The position numbers and the translations under genes are program-made. The notes under the pieces are model-generated. The model saw nothing but the letters and a program-made list of their open reading frames with translations. It did no database searches and was not told the DNA's origin. 64,000 nt of DNA from Candidatus Latescibacterota bacterium (lineage in GTDB: Bacteria; Latescibacterota; UBA2968): assembly GCA_965204745.1 (NCBI GenBank), contig OZ242010.1:4896001-4960000 (forward strand). Reading direction: 5' to 3'. Shown one piece after another: positions 1 to 10,113 of this stretch. How positions within the stretch are numbered: position 1 is the first letter of the stretch; each line of letters starts with the position of its first letter.

Positions 1-305
1 AGTTCGGTGCCGCGGATATTCGTGGTCAAGGACTGCAAGGGATTGTTGATCACGTAATTGACGCCCACGGAAGCCGCCAGATGGTAAATGACGTCACTCC
101 AATTGACCAAGGGCTTGAGCGTTTCCAGATCGAGCACTGTGCCCACTTTCATGCGAAACCGCGGGTTGTTTTCGAGGTGCCGCACATTGTCCAAATCTCC
201 GGTTGAAAGATCGTCTAAAACGTAAACTTCGTGGTCCTGTTTCAACAGACGTTCGGCCAGATGAGAGCCAATAAAACCCGCACCGCCCGTAACCAAAAAT
301 CTCAT
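1..305 (-). CDS. NAD-dependent nucleotide-sugar epimerase/dehydratase (5' part; runs off window)
   Basis: Manual translation from ATG at 305: [21 protein letters not shown]...VLDDLSTG...[10 protein letters not shown], the extended-SDR GxxGxxG motif; not in the ORF track. Confidence 0.9.
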   Translation of the reverse strand, partial: MRFLVTGGAGFIGSHLAERLLKQDHEVYVLDDLSTGDLDNVRHLENNPRFRMKVGTVLDLETLKPLVNWSDVIYHLAASVGVNYVINNPLQSLTTNIRGTE

Positions 306-424
306 GTAGTCATTCCTTTCTCAATGCGACCACTTCTCTTTCGCGATACAGATGCCTTTGTCAAAAACACCCTAATATAAGGTCTTGAATGATTAAAGGC
401 AATGAGAAATCCAAAAGGCGAAAT

Positions 425-1273
425 TCATCGCTCCAAATGCCCCGATTCGCGCTTTTGCACGCGCGCTACAATCTCGCCCAATGTCCCGAAAGAGAAATCG
501 GTCAACAAGCGGCGCAATCGGGGTTCTGCGACTTTCAAATTGGCGTAGTGCGTCAACCGCGCTTTCCAATAAAACGCGAGCCGAGGCTGATCGGGATCGA
601 GTTCCCAGGGGTGAAAATAAAAAACCACGGCCCGCCCGCGATGGCCCACTGCCCGCATATTTGCGCGGCTTACAAAATAGGGGAACAGCCGAAAATACGC
701 GCCCCCGGTGACGGGCCATCGCAGGGTCCCCACTTGGCGCACGGACATCGGAATTTCGCAAATCGGCCCGGCAGGGGTTTCGATCATGCGCGGCGCCAAC
801 TCAAAATCCGGTATCCCATAACGCCAGTTCCGCACCGGAAAAATGCTCGAATCGCATTGAAACCCGAGTTCTGCCAAAATATCCAAGGCCCACAGGGACC
901 GCCTCGTAATGGAGAAATAGGCCGCGCGATACGCGGTGACGCGCTGCCCGGTCGCATCGCCTATCGCATCGCAGGCCCGCTGCGTTTCAGCGCGAAATCG
1001 GTCGGGCGTCATTTCGTAGATCAAGTCGTGTGACCATCCGTGGCAACCCAATTCGTGACCCTCATCCGCGATGCGCCGGATCAAGTCGGGATATTCTCGG
1101 GCCACGGGGCCCAAAATGAAAAACGTGCCGCGCACGCCAAACTCGGCCATTGTATCGAGCAAGCGATGGCAACACCCTTCGAGGCGCGGCTCAACTCGCG
1201 CCGATTCCCGAGCTGAAATGGGGATGCCCTGGTACCAATCTTCTACATCCACTGTAAAAGCGTGGCGCGTCAT
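425..1273 (-). CDS. Polysaccharide deacetylase family protein (NodB-like, DUF3473 C-terminus)
   Basis: TVDVEDWY, GCHGWSH, YRAAYFSI, GGAYFR, YFHPWELD motifs; ATG overlaps the upstream stop (ATGA). Confidence 0.9.
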   Translation of the reverse strand: MTRHAFTVDVEDWYQGIPISARESARVEPRLEGCCHRLLDTMAEFGVRGTFFILGPVAREYPDLIRRIADEGHELGCHGWSHDLIYEMTPDRFRAETQRACDAIGDATGQRVTAYRAAYFSITRRSLWALDILAELGFQCDSSIFPVRNWRYGIPDFELAPRMIETPAGPICEIPMSVRQVGTLRWPVTGGAYFRLFPYFVSRANMRAVGHRGRAVVFYFHPWELDPDQPRLAFYWKARLTHYANLKVAEPRLRRLLTDFSFGTLGEIVARVQKRESGHLER

Positions 1274-2337
1274 GATCTGCTCTGTTTGAGAAGGCCGAGC
1301 AGTTGTTCGCCGCTCTTTTCGAGCGCGTAATGCGCGACCACCCGTGCGCGACCCGCCGTGCCCATGCGAGTGCGTAGGGCCTTGTCGCCGATCAATTTGC
1401 CCAAAAATGCGATCCATTCGGCGTCTGTCTCGGCCAAGAAACCGGTCTCTCCGTGCGCGACTATTTCGCGGTTGATCTCGACCGGGCTCGCGACCACGGG
1501 CAAGCCCACGGCCATGTATTGCAACAATTTGTACCCCCCCTTGCCTCGCGTAAAAGGATCGTCGGGCAAGGGCATCAGGCCGATGTCAAATGCCTGCAAA
1601 TGACCGACTTCGGTTTCTATCGTCCAGTTCTCGTGCGTCATCGGCACTATGTCTAGATCAAAATCGCCCGCGCCGATCAGGTGCAATTCCAAATGGGGAT
1701 GGCGCCGCGCCAGGGCGATCAAGGGGGCGCGGATCAGATCCAGATACCGCGTTGTCGTGGGGCTGCCGATCCATCCCAATACGACCTTTTTGCTCGGGGC
1801 TTTTGACGTGGGGCTATAACGCGCCGTATCCACAGGCCCGGTGAGTTGCGACACGGCCGCGCAATAACGGGCCGCAAATTCGGCGGTATAGGCATTTTCG
1901 ACAATGGCGTGGTGGGCGCATTGCAACATCGCGGGGAGGCCGGCAGCGCGGCGGCGGGTACGCATGCGATTTATCCAATTCGCACGGGGATTTTCAAGGG
2001 TAAAGATGGCGTCGTCAAAATCGAAAAAAATTTTGTGCTTATACCGCCGCAACAGCCGTGGGATGGGGAAGGAAAACAGGGATTTTTGAATGAGGATTGC
2101 ATCGTAGCGAGACGCGGTCAAAACGCACATCCAACCGGTGTACAAGGCGCGACAATAGGAACGCACATAATACCATAGGCCGGAGAAAACGCCACTGCGC
2201 TCGACCGTGGCATCGGGCGTCACCACGCGGACATCACACGCGAGGCCCGCGCGACGCAACAGGGGCAGATAGTCAAAAACCCGCGTGCGACTGCTGGCGG
2301 CCAGAGGCCCGTACTGCGCGACGAATAGGACTTTCAT
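1270..2337 (-). CDS. Glycosyltransferase family 4
   Basis: FDFDDAIF, GWIGS, DIGLMPL...GKGGYKLLQYMAVGLPVVASPV GT-B motifs. Confidence 0.9.
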   Translation of the reverse strand: MKVLFVAQYGPLAASSRTRVFDYLPLLRRAGLACDVRVVTPDATVERSGVFSGLWYYVRSYCRALYTGWMCVLTASRYDAILIQKSLFSFPIPRLLRRYKHKIFFDFDDAIFTLENPRANWINRMRTRRRAAGLPAMLQCAHHAIVENAYTAEFAARYCAAVSQLTGPVDTARYSPTSKAPSKKVVLGWIGSPTTTRYLDLIRAPLIALARRHPHLELHLIGAGDFDLDIVPMTHENWTIETEVGHLQAFDIGLMPLPDDPFTRGKGGYKLLQYMAVGLPVVASPVEINREIVAHGETGFLAETDAEWIAFLGKLIGDKALRTRMGTAGRARVVAHYALEKSGEQLLGLLKQSRS

Positions 2338-2344
2338 AAGCGCG

Positions 2345-3397
2345 TCAAATCCAGCCGTGTTGCGTGGTCACGGGCGAGCCAGAGGTTTGGGTGAACCAGC
2401 CCGGCCCGCTTTCCAAAGCGACTTCCCGCCCGGTGATGGCAGATCGTTCGGCGGCGAATAGGATTTCCATAATGTGACGCGCCCATTCGCCGTGCGTGGG
2501 CGGCTCGATGTCCTGCGCGATGGCTTCGGCAAATGCTTTCCACTCGTTGTGCATTTGCGCGGGGGGATCGTCAAAGGGAATGTCTTCCCACCGATTGTTT
2601 TTTCCCAGTTTGACGTATTTCTCGCCGGACTCGGCAAAGCGCAAGGTGCCATTTGCACAGATAACCTGACAGTCGTAATTGGGCGCGCCATCGGCAAATC
2701 CAACGGCGACAGCGACGCCTGCCTGCCCGTTTTTGTAGCGGATAAAAGCCGTGGCCGAATCATCGGCGGCCTGGTAGTGGGCGCGGGTTCCTATGGAGGC
2801 CGAGACGGATACGGCCTGCGAGGCCATCACCCATGTGAGGCGATCGACGACGTGGACGCCATTGGTCAACCACATCCCGCCGCCGTGGTAGCGGCTGCGG
2901 TACTGCGGGCGGCGACCGGCATAGCCCCAGTTTTTGGACATATAACACACGGCGGTGATGACCGGCCCCAGTTCGCCGGAGTCGAGGATTTCTTTTGCCT
3001 TGATGCTGGTGCCGTAGTAGTGCTGCGTCAGGCCGACCATCAGTTTGACCCGGTTGTTGGCTGCGGCTTGGATCATCTCGTCGCACTGTTGCAAGTTGAT
3101 GCCCATGGGCTTTTCCACCAAGACGTGTTTGCCCGCATGGCAAGCGTCTGTGGTGAGGCGATGGTGGAGTTGGTGGCCCAAGGTGATGGCGACCGCGTCG
3201 ATGTCACGGTCTTGCAAGAGTTCGGCATGTGTGGCATAGCTTTTGGGAATGTCGTATTTGCCCATGTATTCGCGGCGTTTGTCCTCAATGAGGTCCGCAA
3301 CCGCGACAATTTCGACATTGTCCAGCGTTGCTATGGCGTCGCAATGCGCCCGTGCAATGCCGCCCAACCCGATGATTCCAACTTTCAGCGTGTCCAT
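2345..3397 (-). CDS. Gfo/Idh/MocA family oxidoreductase
   Basis: VGIIGLGGIA, GKHVLVEKPM, GGG...GVH; RBS AGGAG before ATG 3397. Confidence 0.92.
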   Translation of the reverse strand: MDTLKVGIIGLGGIARAHCDAIATLDNVEIVAVADLIEDKRREYMGKYDIPKSYATHAELLQDRDIDAVAITLGHQLHHRLTTDACHAGKHVLVEKPMGINLQQCDEMIQAAANNRVKLMVGLTQHYYGTSIKAKEILDSGELGPVITAVCYMSKNWGYAGRRPQYRSRYHGGGMWLTNGVHVVDRLTWVMASQAVSVSASIGTRAHYQAADDSATAFIRYKNGQAGVAVAVGFADGAPNYDCQVICANGTLRFAESGEKYVKLGKNNRWEDIPFDDPPAQMHNEWKAFAEAIAQDIEPPTHGEWARHIMEILFAAERSAITGREVALESGPGWFTQTSGSPVTTQHGWI

Positions 3398-3461
3398 TGT
3401 GTTTCTCCTAAAGCGAATCGACGACTTTTGTATCTCGTTATGGCAAAACCCGCCGCTCACA

Positions 3462-3517
3462 TCTTACCTCTCACGTCTCACGTCTTACCTCTCCCGTCTT
3501 ACCTCTCACGTCTCACC
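3462..3517. repeat. Heptamer tandem repeat (TCTCACG/TCTTACC) x8
   Basis: Eight 7-bp units read directly, overlapping the stop codon of the Zn-ADH gene. Confidence 0.85.
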
Positions 3518-4508
3518 ATTGAATCACCGCGCCGATGACATTTTTGACTTCGCCGGTGAGGATGTTTCGATAGAGCTTTGGCGCGTCTGAGGATGCGACT
3601 CGATGGGTGATGGTGTGTTGCCACGGAAGAACGCCATTGCCCATGTTTTTGATGACCGCACGGCGGCAAGGGGCTTCGCCATCGTTGCAGGGATAGTACA
3701 TGGTGAGGCGTTTGCCGTGGGGCGGTAAGAAGTTGTAGGAGATGGGATGGCGGCCGTAATTGCCCTGAAGGATGAAGGTTCCGAGGCGGCGGCAAAGCGC
3801 GATGGCCGGGTCGATGCAGGTGGGGATACCCGTGCATTCAAAGACCACGTCTGCACCGTCGGGGGCGATGTCGAAAACGGCTTGGTTCGCATCGGTGCCT
3901 TGAACGAGATGGTCCGCGCCGAATTTTTGCGCGATAGCGAGGCGATCTGCCTCCAAGTCTATGGCGATGACCTCGCAACCCCGATGGCTACATGCCGCGA
4001 TCACGCCCAAGCCCACGAGGCCACAGCCATATACGACGACGCGGTCGCCCATTCGGGGATTCGCCATGTCCACGCCATTGAGGCCCACGGCGGGCATGAC
4101 AAACAAACTCGCGGCGGCTTCGTCAATGCCATCGGGCAGATGGGCGACAAAGGCGCGGGGGCCATGTGTGTCTAAGACCGCGGCAGAAGCATGCGCGCCC
4201 TGGCAGGCAGAGACTTTTTGACCCTCGAGCGCGATGGCGCGATTCCAGCGGTAATACACGCGGTCGCCCACCGCAAAGCCCGTGGTGCTTTCGCCCGCGT
4301 GTTCGACGATGCCAACGGCCTGATAGCCCGTACACAGGGGATAGGGTCCGTAGTCGAGCTTTCGGGTGATGGCGGCAAATTCCGTGCCGATGCTGACGCC
4401 GGAATACCGGGTTCGCACCACCAATTGATCTGGCTCTGGGTCGGGAAGAACGACCTCTTCGCAGGCAAAGCTGGGGCCTTTGTGGGCGATGAGTGCTTTG
4501 GCGTTCAC
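3513..4508 (-). CDS. Zinc-binding alcohol dehydrogenase (MDR) family protein
   Basis: GVSIGTE, GYQAVG, VYGCGLVGLG, DVVFECTG; GTG start with AGGAG RBS. Confidence 0.88.
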   Translation of the reverse strand: MNAKALIAHKGPSFACEEVVLPDPEPDQLVVRTRYSGVSIGTEFAAITRKLDYGPYPLCTGYQAVGIVEHAGESTTGFAVGDRVYYRWNRAIALEGQKVSACQGAHASAAVLDTHGPRAFVAHLPDGIDEAAASLFVMPAVGLNGVDMANPRMGDRVVVYGCGLVGLGVIAACSHRGCEVIAIDLEADRLAIAQKFGADHLVQGTDANQAVFDIAPDGADVVFECTGIPTCIDPAIALCRRLGTFILQGNYGRHPISYNFLPPHGKRLTMYYPCNDGEAPCRRAVIKNMGNGVLPWQHTITHRVASSDAPKLYRNILTGEVKNVIGAVIQW

Positions 4509-4591
4509 AATATAGCTCCTGTGCATTTTACAAATCTACGGCTCGGGGTTTGCGTGTTGCAACTCTCACGCAGGTGCCACCTCGAATTGCC

Positions 4592-4668
4592 TCTTGCCTC
4601 TTGCCTCTTGCTTCTTGCCTCTCGCCTCTTACCTCTTGCCTCTTACCTCTTACCTCTTGCCTCTCCCC
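4592..4668. repeat. Heptamer tandem repeat (TCTTGCC/TCTTACC) x11
   Basis: Direct reading; lies between two copies of a ~30-bp repeat. Confidence 0.9.
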
Positions 4669-4683
4669 GCTGTATTGCAACTC

Positions 4684-6231
4684 TCACGCAGGTGCCACCT
4701 CAAAAGCCACCAAGTTGCGGGTCTTTTTGCTGAATGTCGTTGCGATGAGATGAATCGGCAGGCCAGAATCTCGATACTTGTCCGCGTAGTGCCGCGCTCG
4801 CAGTTGCGACAGGGCTATGCCCTCGGAGTCCGATTCGACCACTTTGAACTCGAACAAGTAGATGTTGGCGTTGAAACGCACCGCCATGTCCAAACGCCCG
4901 TGGCTACTGCTGTCCTCTACGGTGATGTCTAGCCCTAGCGACGCAAAGTAGGAGTAGAACACACTGGCGTAGTAACCTTCGTAGTCGGCGATGTCGTTTT
5001 TCGTGTGCCACTGGTAGGGGATGCTGGCGAAGAATGCCTTGAACAGCGTCTCGAGGCCAGAAAAATCGTTGATGGACAGCAGTTTGTATAACTGGACGAT
5101 GTGCGCGGTCTGGGTGGGCGCATTGCTTAGCAGGTGACGCAGCAGGCTTTGGTTCAGGCTTTGGCGCACCTCTTGGTTGGGATACCCCAGTTGATAGAGG
5201 GGTTGCCCGACTAGGTCCTCCTCGTCCTGTATGGTGAGATAGCCGGTCTGAAACAACAGGGCTTCGGTAGCCATGTGGTCGATGTCGAAAGCAGACAGCA
5301 ACTCGTCGGTGCCGATCATGCGCTCCAGATCAAAGGAACTGACTCTGCGTGCCATTAGGGTCTCGATCAGAAAGGTCGGCGTGGCGGTCTCGAACCAGTA
5401 GGCGCCGAACCGACGGCGGCGAAAGAGCAGAAGCACATCGAAGGGGTTATAGACCCGCTCGTTCCCCAGCCAGTTGTAGCCATTGTACCAGCGGCGGATT
5501 TCGTCGCGATCCAAGCCGGGGAGTTCCGGCGCAAACACCGCGTCCAGATCCGCATCCGTGTACCCGCACAGGGCGGAGTAGCGCGGTTCGAGGGTGATGT
5601 CGATGAGATTGTTGAGCCCAGAGAACAGGCTGACCTTGGAAAACTTGCTCACGCCGGTGAGGAACGCAAACTTGATGTGTGCGTCGGCGAACTTGATGGT
5701 CGCATACAACCCGCGCAGAAAATTGCGGTTGGCACGGGCGATTTCCGGATCTTCCAGCGCGTCTAAAATCGGCTTGTCATACTCGTCGATCAGCACCACA
5801 ACCCGCTGTCCCGCACGCTCGTGCAATGCCTCGATCAGAAAGGCAAAACGCCCCGGTGCTGTCGCAGACTCGCCGACTATCCCGGCTCGGCGTTCAATGG
5901 CGGTCAGTTGTTCCATGACGTTCGCCTGGAGGTGCCCCGGCACCCCATAGTCTCCGTTGCTGAAGTCGATCCGCACCACCGGATAGCGAACCGACCAATC
6001 CCAGTGGTCGTAGATGTCGAGCCCCTCAAATAGCGGCGCAGTGCCCTCGAACAATTCCTTCAGCGTATCGAGGAACAGACTCTTGCCAAAGCGGCGCGGG
6101 CGAGAGAGGAAGTAGAGCTTGCCTTCATCGACCAACCGCCGGATGTAGGCGGTCTTATCGACATAGTAATGGTTCTGCTCGCGAATCTCGCGGAAGGTCT
6201 GCATGCCAATGGGCAGTTTGCGTTTATCCAT
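4684..6231 (-). CDS. AAA-ATPase-like + PD-(D/E)xK nuclease protein (DUF1703/PDDEXK_9 type), copy 1
   Basis: KLPIG.Q.F, YVDKT, SRPRRFGKS, LIDEYDKP, GRLDM...FEFK. Confidence 0.92.
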   Translation of the reverse strand: MDKRKLPIGMQTFREIREQNHYYVDKTAYIRRLVDEGKLYFLSRPRRFGKSLFLDTLKELFEGTAPLFEGLDIYDHWDWSVRYPVVRIDFSNGDYGVPGHLQANVMEQLTAIERRAGIVGESATAPGRFAFLIEALHERAGQRVVVLIDEYDKPILDALEDPEIARANRNFLRGLYATIKFADAHIKFAFLTGVSKFSKVSLFSGLNNLIDITLEPRYSALCGYTDADLDAVFAPELPGLDRDEIRRWYNGYNWLGNERVYNPFDVLLLFRRRRFGAYWFETATPTFLIETLMARRVSSFDLERMIGTDELLSAFDIDHMATEALLFQTGYLTIQDEEDLVGQPLYQLGYPNQEVRQSLNQSLLRHLLSNAPTQTAHIVQLYKLLSINDFSGLETLFKAFFASIPYQWHTKNDIADYEGYYASVFYSYFASLGLDITVEDSSSHGRLDMAVRFNANIYLFEFKVVESDSEGIALSQLRARHYADKYRDSGLPIHLIATTFSKKTRNLVAFEVAPA

Positions 6232-6410
6232 CCTTTCCCCCTTCAAGAGCCGAATCCCGTTTCGCAGGTGCCATCTACCCATATTGCAAGCGGTTAATGC
6301 CCAAGCCGAAGATACCACAACATATACGGTCATGTATCTGGCGGGTGGTCATATCTACGGCTCGGGGTTTGCGTGTTGCAACTCTCACGCAGGTGCCACC
6401 TCGAATTGCC

Positions 6411-6445
6411 TTTTGCCTCTTGCCTCTTGCCTCTTGCCTCTTGCC
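6411..6445. repeat. Heptamer tandem repeat (TCTTGCC) x5
   Basis: Direct reading; counterpart of the x11 tract in the other duplicated unit. Confidence 0.9.
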
Positions 6446-6460
6446 GCTGTGTTGCAACTC

Positions 6461-8008
6461 TCACGCAGGTGCCACCTCGAAAGCCACCAAGTTGCGGGTC
6501 TTTTTGCTGAATGTCACCGCGATGAGATGAATCGGAAGGCCAGAATCTCGATACTTGTCCGCGTAGTGTCGCGCTCGCAGTTGCGACAAGCCGATGCCCT
6601 CGGAGTCCGATTCGACCACTTTGAACTCGAACAAGTAGATGTTGTCGTTGAAGCGCACCGCCATGTCCAAACGCCCGTGGCTACTGCTGTCCTCTACGGT
6701 GATGTCTAGCCCTAGCGACGCAAAGTAGGAGTAGAACACACTGGCGTAGTAACCTTCGTAGTCGGCGATGTCGTTTTTCGTGTGCCACTGGTAGGGGATG
6801 CTGGCGAAGAATGCCTTGAACAGCGTCTCGAGGCCAGAAAAATCGTTGATGGACAGCAGTTTGTATAACTGGACGATGTGCGCGGTCTGGGTGGGCGCAT
6901 TGCTTAGCAGGTGACGCAACAGGCTTTGGTTCAGGCTTTGGCGCACCTCTTGGTTGGGATACCCCAGTTGATAGAGGGGTTGCCCGACTAGGTCCTCCTC
7001 GTCCTGTATGGTGAGATAGCCGGTCTGAAACAACAGGGCTTCGGTGGCCATGTGGTCGATGTCGAAAGCAGACAGCAACTCGTCGGTGCCGATCATGCGC
7101 TCCAGATCAAAGGAACTGACTCTGCGTGCCATTAGGGTCTCGATGAGAAAGGTCGGCGTGGCGGTCTCGAACCAGTAGGCGCCGAACCGGCGGCGGCGAA
7201 AGAGCAGCAACACATCGAAGGGGTTATAGACCCGCTCGTTCCCCAGCCAGTTGTAGCCATTGTACCAGCGGCGGATTTCGTCGCGATCCAAGCCGGGAAG
7301 TTCCGGTGCAAATACCGCGTCCAGATCCGCGTCCGTGTACCCGCAAAGCGCGGAGTAGCGCGGTTCGAGGGTGATGTCGATGAGATTGTTGAGCCCAGAG
7401 AACAGGCTGACCTTGGAAAACTTGCTCACGCCGGTGAGGAATGCAAACTTGATGTGCGCGTCGCTATCCTTGATCGTGGCGTATAGGCCGCGCAGATAAT
7501 CGCGGTTGGCGCGGGCGATTTCCGGCTCCTCAAGCGCGTCTAAAATCGGCTTGTCGTACTCGTCGATCAACACCACAACTCGCTGTCCCGCACGCTCGTG
7601 CAATGCCTCGATCAGAAAGGCAAAACGCTCGGGGACTGTCGCGTACTCGGACTTCATGCCCGCCCGACGTTCCACCGCGTCTAATTGTGCCATCAGATTC
7701 GCTTGCAGATAGCCCGGCTCTTTGAAGTTGCCGCTACCAAAACTCAGGCGCACCACCGGATAGCGAATCGACCAATCCCAGTGGTCGTGGATGTCGAGCC
7801 CCTCAAACAGCGGCGCGTTGCCCTCGAACAATTCCTTCAGCGTATCGAGGAACAGACTCTTGCCAAAGCGGCGCGGGCGCGACAAAAAGAAATGGCTACC
7901 CTCATCCATCAGGTGCCGCATGTAGGCGGTCTTATCGACATAGTAGCAATTTTCCTCTCGCATCTTGCGAAAGGTCTGAATGCCAATGGGCAGTTTGCGT
8001 TTATCCAT
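6461..8008 (-). CDS. AAA-ATPase-like + PD-(D/E)xK nuclease protein, copy 2
   Basis: Same motifs and same length (515 aa) as copy 1. Confidence 0.92.
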   Translation of the reverse strand: MDKRKLPIGIQTFRKMREENCYYVDKTAYMRHLMDEGSHFFLSRPRRFGKSLFLDTLKELFEGNAPLFEGLDIHDHWDWSIRYPVVRLSFGSGNFKEPGYLQANLMAQLDAVERRAGMKSEYATVPERFAFLIEALHERAGQRVVVLIDEYDKPILDALEEPEIARANRDYLRGLYATIKDSDAHIKFAFLTGVSKFSKVSLFSGLNNLIDITLEPRYSALCGYTDADLDAVFAPELPGLDRDEIRRWYNGYNWLGNERVYNPFDVLLLFRRRRFGAYWFETATPTFLIETLMARRVSSFDLERMIGTDELLSAFDIDHMATEALLFQTGYLTIQDEEDLVGQPLYQLGYPNQEVRQSLNQSLLRHLLSNAPTQTAHIVQLYKLLSINDFSGLETLFKAFFASIPYQWHTKNDIADYEGYYASVFYSYFASLGLDITVEDSSSHGRLDMAVRFNDNIYLFEFKVVESDSEGIGLSQLRARHYADKYRDSGLPIHLIAVTFSKKTRNLVAFEVAPA

Positions 8009-8122
8009 CCTTTCCCCCTTCAAGAGCCGAATCCCGTTTCGCAGGTGCCATCTACCCATATTGCAAGCGGTTAATGCCCAAGCCGAAGATACCACAACCA
8101 TATACAGTGCGACAGGTGGCCC

Positions 8123-8743
8123 CTATCTCTTGGCGTACTCAAACAGAGCTGTCACGTCCACAGAGAAGCCATCCAACAGTGGCGAGGTCGCCGCGTCGCC
8201 GCGGGAGAATACACCGCGTTCGACATAGATGTTCCCACTGGCGAGGGTGAGCACGGCAATGGTCTCAAAGCGGGGATCGACGATCCAGTACTCGGGAATG
8301 CCCGCCTCGGCGTAGTCCGTACGTTTTGTGACGAGATCCCGTGTCGGGTCATCTGGACTGACGACCTCTACTACCAGGTCCGCGCCCAACCAAAAACGAT
8401 CCCGATTCCGAGGATCTGACCGATTGCGGAGCAACAGGAGATCTGGCTCGCGGAACTTGCCCTCGCGGACGCGCATTCGCAACCCGGCGAACAAGACGAT
8501 TCCGCCGAGCGGTTCAATATATGCGTCAAATAGGCGATAGAGGAAACCGATGATGGCTTGGTGGATAAATGTGGGCATGGGCAGTTCCTCGACTTGGCCG
8601 TCGGTGAACTCGACCAAGCGGCGGGTTCGGTCCGTAAGCCAAAGATATTGTTTGTCGCTCCAACACCCCTGAGGCGGCATGGCGTCGCACAACAGGGCAT
8701 CTAGCGCGTCTTGGGATGTCGTTGCGATCTCGGCTTGTGTCAT
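8123..8743 (-). CDS. Uma2 family (DUF820) putative endonuclease
   Basis: REPDLL, ADLVVEVVSP, KRTDYAEAGIPEYWIVDP. Confidence 0.92.
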   Translation of the reverse strand: MTQAEIATTSQDALDALLCDAMPPQGCWSDKQYLWLTDRTRRLVEFTDGQVEELPMPTFIHQAIIGFLYRLFDAYIEPLGGIVLFAGLRMRVREGKFREPDLLLLRNRSDPRNRDRFWLGADLVVEVVSPDDPTRDLVTKRTDYAEAGIPEYWIVDPRFETIAVLTLASGNIYVERGVFSRGDAATSPLLDGFSVDVTALFEYAKR

Positions 8744-9047
8744 GGCGTCGTCCTCAGCTTTGAGACAGTGGAAAGGAGGCACATCTTAGAAGTTGTCTTA
8801 AAACGAAATATGACTCATTCCTCGGCGGTCAAGAGAAACCAGAATATACGACAAAAGCGTGGAGTGGGACAACTGCGATAGCAGTTCATAGCCGCACAGG
8901 CGCAGCCTATAGCCGCGCAAGGGGCCGGGCGATCCGCCAAGATCGCAGTAGGTCAACCACGGCCCATTGTCACTGCTAAATTTGCATGAGAGTCTCGATC
9001 CGGAGCCATCCATGCAGGCATTTTTGCGTTCCCTGCCATCAGCGGCT

Positions 9048-10097
9048 TTAATCGACAATGGGCAGGTGGACGAGAGCGCCGCGTTCGACGGAGCGGAAGA
9101 CCGCTTCGGTAAATTCCATGTATTTCACGCCTTGGTAGAAAGTTGACTCGGCGGGTTTGCCGGTTTTGATCATGTCGATAAAATCCGCCTCAACCGTCCA
9201 GGCGCGCATCTCGGACGTTGGGATTTCCAATTCGCGCAACCCATCATCGCCTGCCTGCGCGCCCCAGATCCGCTGATCGTCCAAAACGGCCGAGGTTTCG
9301 TACACCAACGTGCCCCCTGTGCCGTAAATCTCGATGCGCTCTTCGGGTGCGTGGTGCGCGGCGCTGGAAAAGAGATAGACCGCTGTTGCCCCACTTTCCA
9401 TTTGGGCCAAGATATTCACGGTATCGGGGCGGTCCACAGGCGCGAGCCCCCGATCTGTGGGACGCTCGGCGACAAAGGTTTCCGCTTGGGCAGACACGGA
9501 TTTGGTATAGCCGCACCAGCGGTGTACAAATTCGACGAGCATGCCCACGCTCATGGTGTTCAACCCAGAGAACCGGCCGATCTGCCGCCAGTGCAAGGGC
9601 GTGTTGGGATCGATCCCACCGGGGGTCATGGAACGCACCACGATGTTGCGGATATCGCCGACATAGCCCTCGGCGATCAACCGCTGTAAAAACCAGTCGC
9701 CTTTCAATGCGTGCGGCGGCTGGCAAATTTGATGCGCGAGATTCGATTCTATCGCCGCGGCGTACATCTGTTTGGCCTCGCGCAAGTTCATCGCCATGCG
9801 CGCTTGCACAAATGCGTGCTTGCCTGCGTCTAAAGCCGCCAAGACAAATTCACAATGCTTGTAAGGCCAGGTGCCGATCATCACCGCGTCGATGTCCGTT
9901 CGGGCGATCAGCGCGTAGGGATCGGTCATGAGATCGGGGCGCAAGCCAAATTCGGCGGCGATTTTGCCCCCGCTGTCTTCGCTGCGATTGCAAATTGCCA
10001 CCACCTCGGCGGCGTCAATTTTTGCCAACCCCGGAAAGTGGCGGGTGCGAAAAATGCCGCCCGCGCCGATGATGCCAATGCGAATTTTATCTGCCAT
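9048..10097 (-). CDS. Gfo/Idh/MocA family oxidoreductase
   Basis: IRIGIIGAGGI, DIDAVMIGTWP, ALDAGKH; GAGG RBS. Confidence 0.9.
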   Translation of the reverse strand: MADKIRIGIIGAGGIFRTRHFPGLAKIDAAEVVAICNRSEDSGGKIAAEFGLRPDLMTDPYALIARTDIDAVMIGTWPYKHCEFVLAALDAGKHAFVQARMAMNLREAKQMYAAAIESNLAHQICQPPHALKGDWFLQRLIAEGYVGDIRNIVVRSMTPGGIDPNTPLHWRQIGRFSGLNTMSVGMLVEFVHRWCGYTKSVSAQAETFVAERPTDRGLAPVDRPDTVNILAQMESGATAVYLFSSAAHHAPEERIEIYGTGGTLVYETSAVLDDQRIWGAQAGDDGLRELEIPTSEMRAWTVEADFIDMIKTGKPAESTFYQGVKYMEFTEAVFRSVERGALVHLPIVD

Positions 10098-10113
10098 TTT
10101 CACCTCGTTGAAT

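Larger units (their letters stand above)
4536..8098. repeat. Tandem duplication, 1777-bp start-to-start period (AAA/PD-(D/E)xK gene plus flanks)
   Basis: Upstream ~90 bp, most of the CDS and the downstream flank are near-identical in both copies (ATGs at 6231 and 8008). Confidence 0.92.

Noticed and set aside
4553-6480. ~30-bp direct repeats as a CRISPR array
   Set aside because: Only two pairs; the repeat is a gene's 3' end, the spacers are heptamer tracts or a whole gene, and there are no cas genes
4684-8008. Diversity-generating retroelement (TR/VR) explanation for paralog variation
   Set aside because: No reverse transcriptase in the window; differences do not look adenine-restricted and lie in the N-terminal region
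8798-9058. 86-aa ORF or ncRNA upstream of the Uma2 gene
   Set aside because: No RBS, protein motif or recognisable RNA structure
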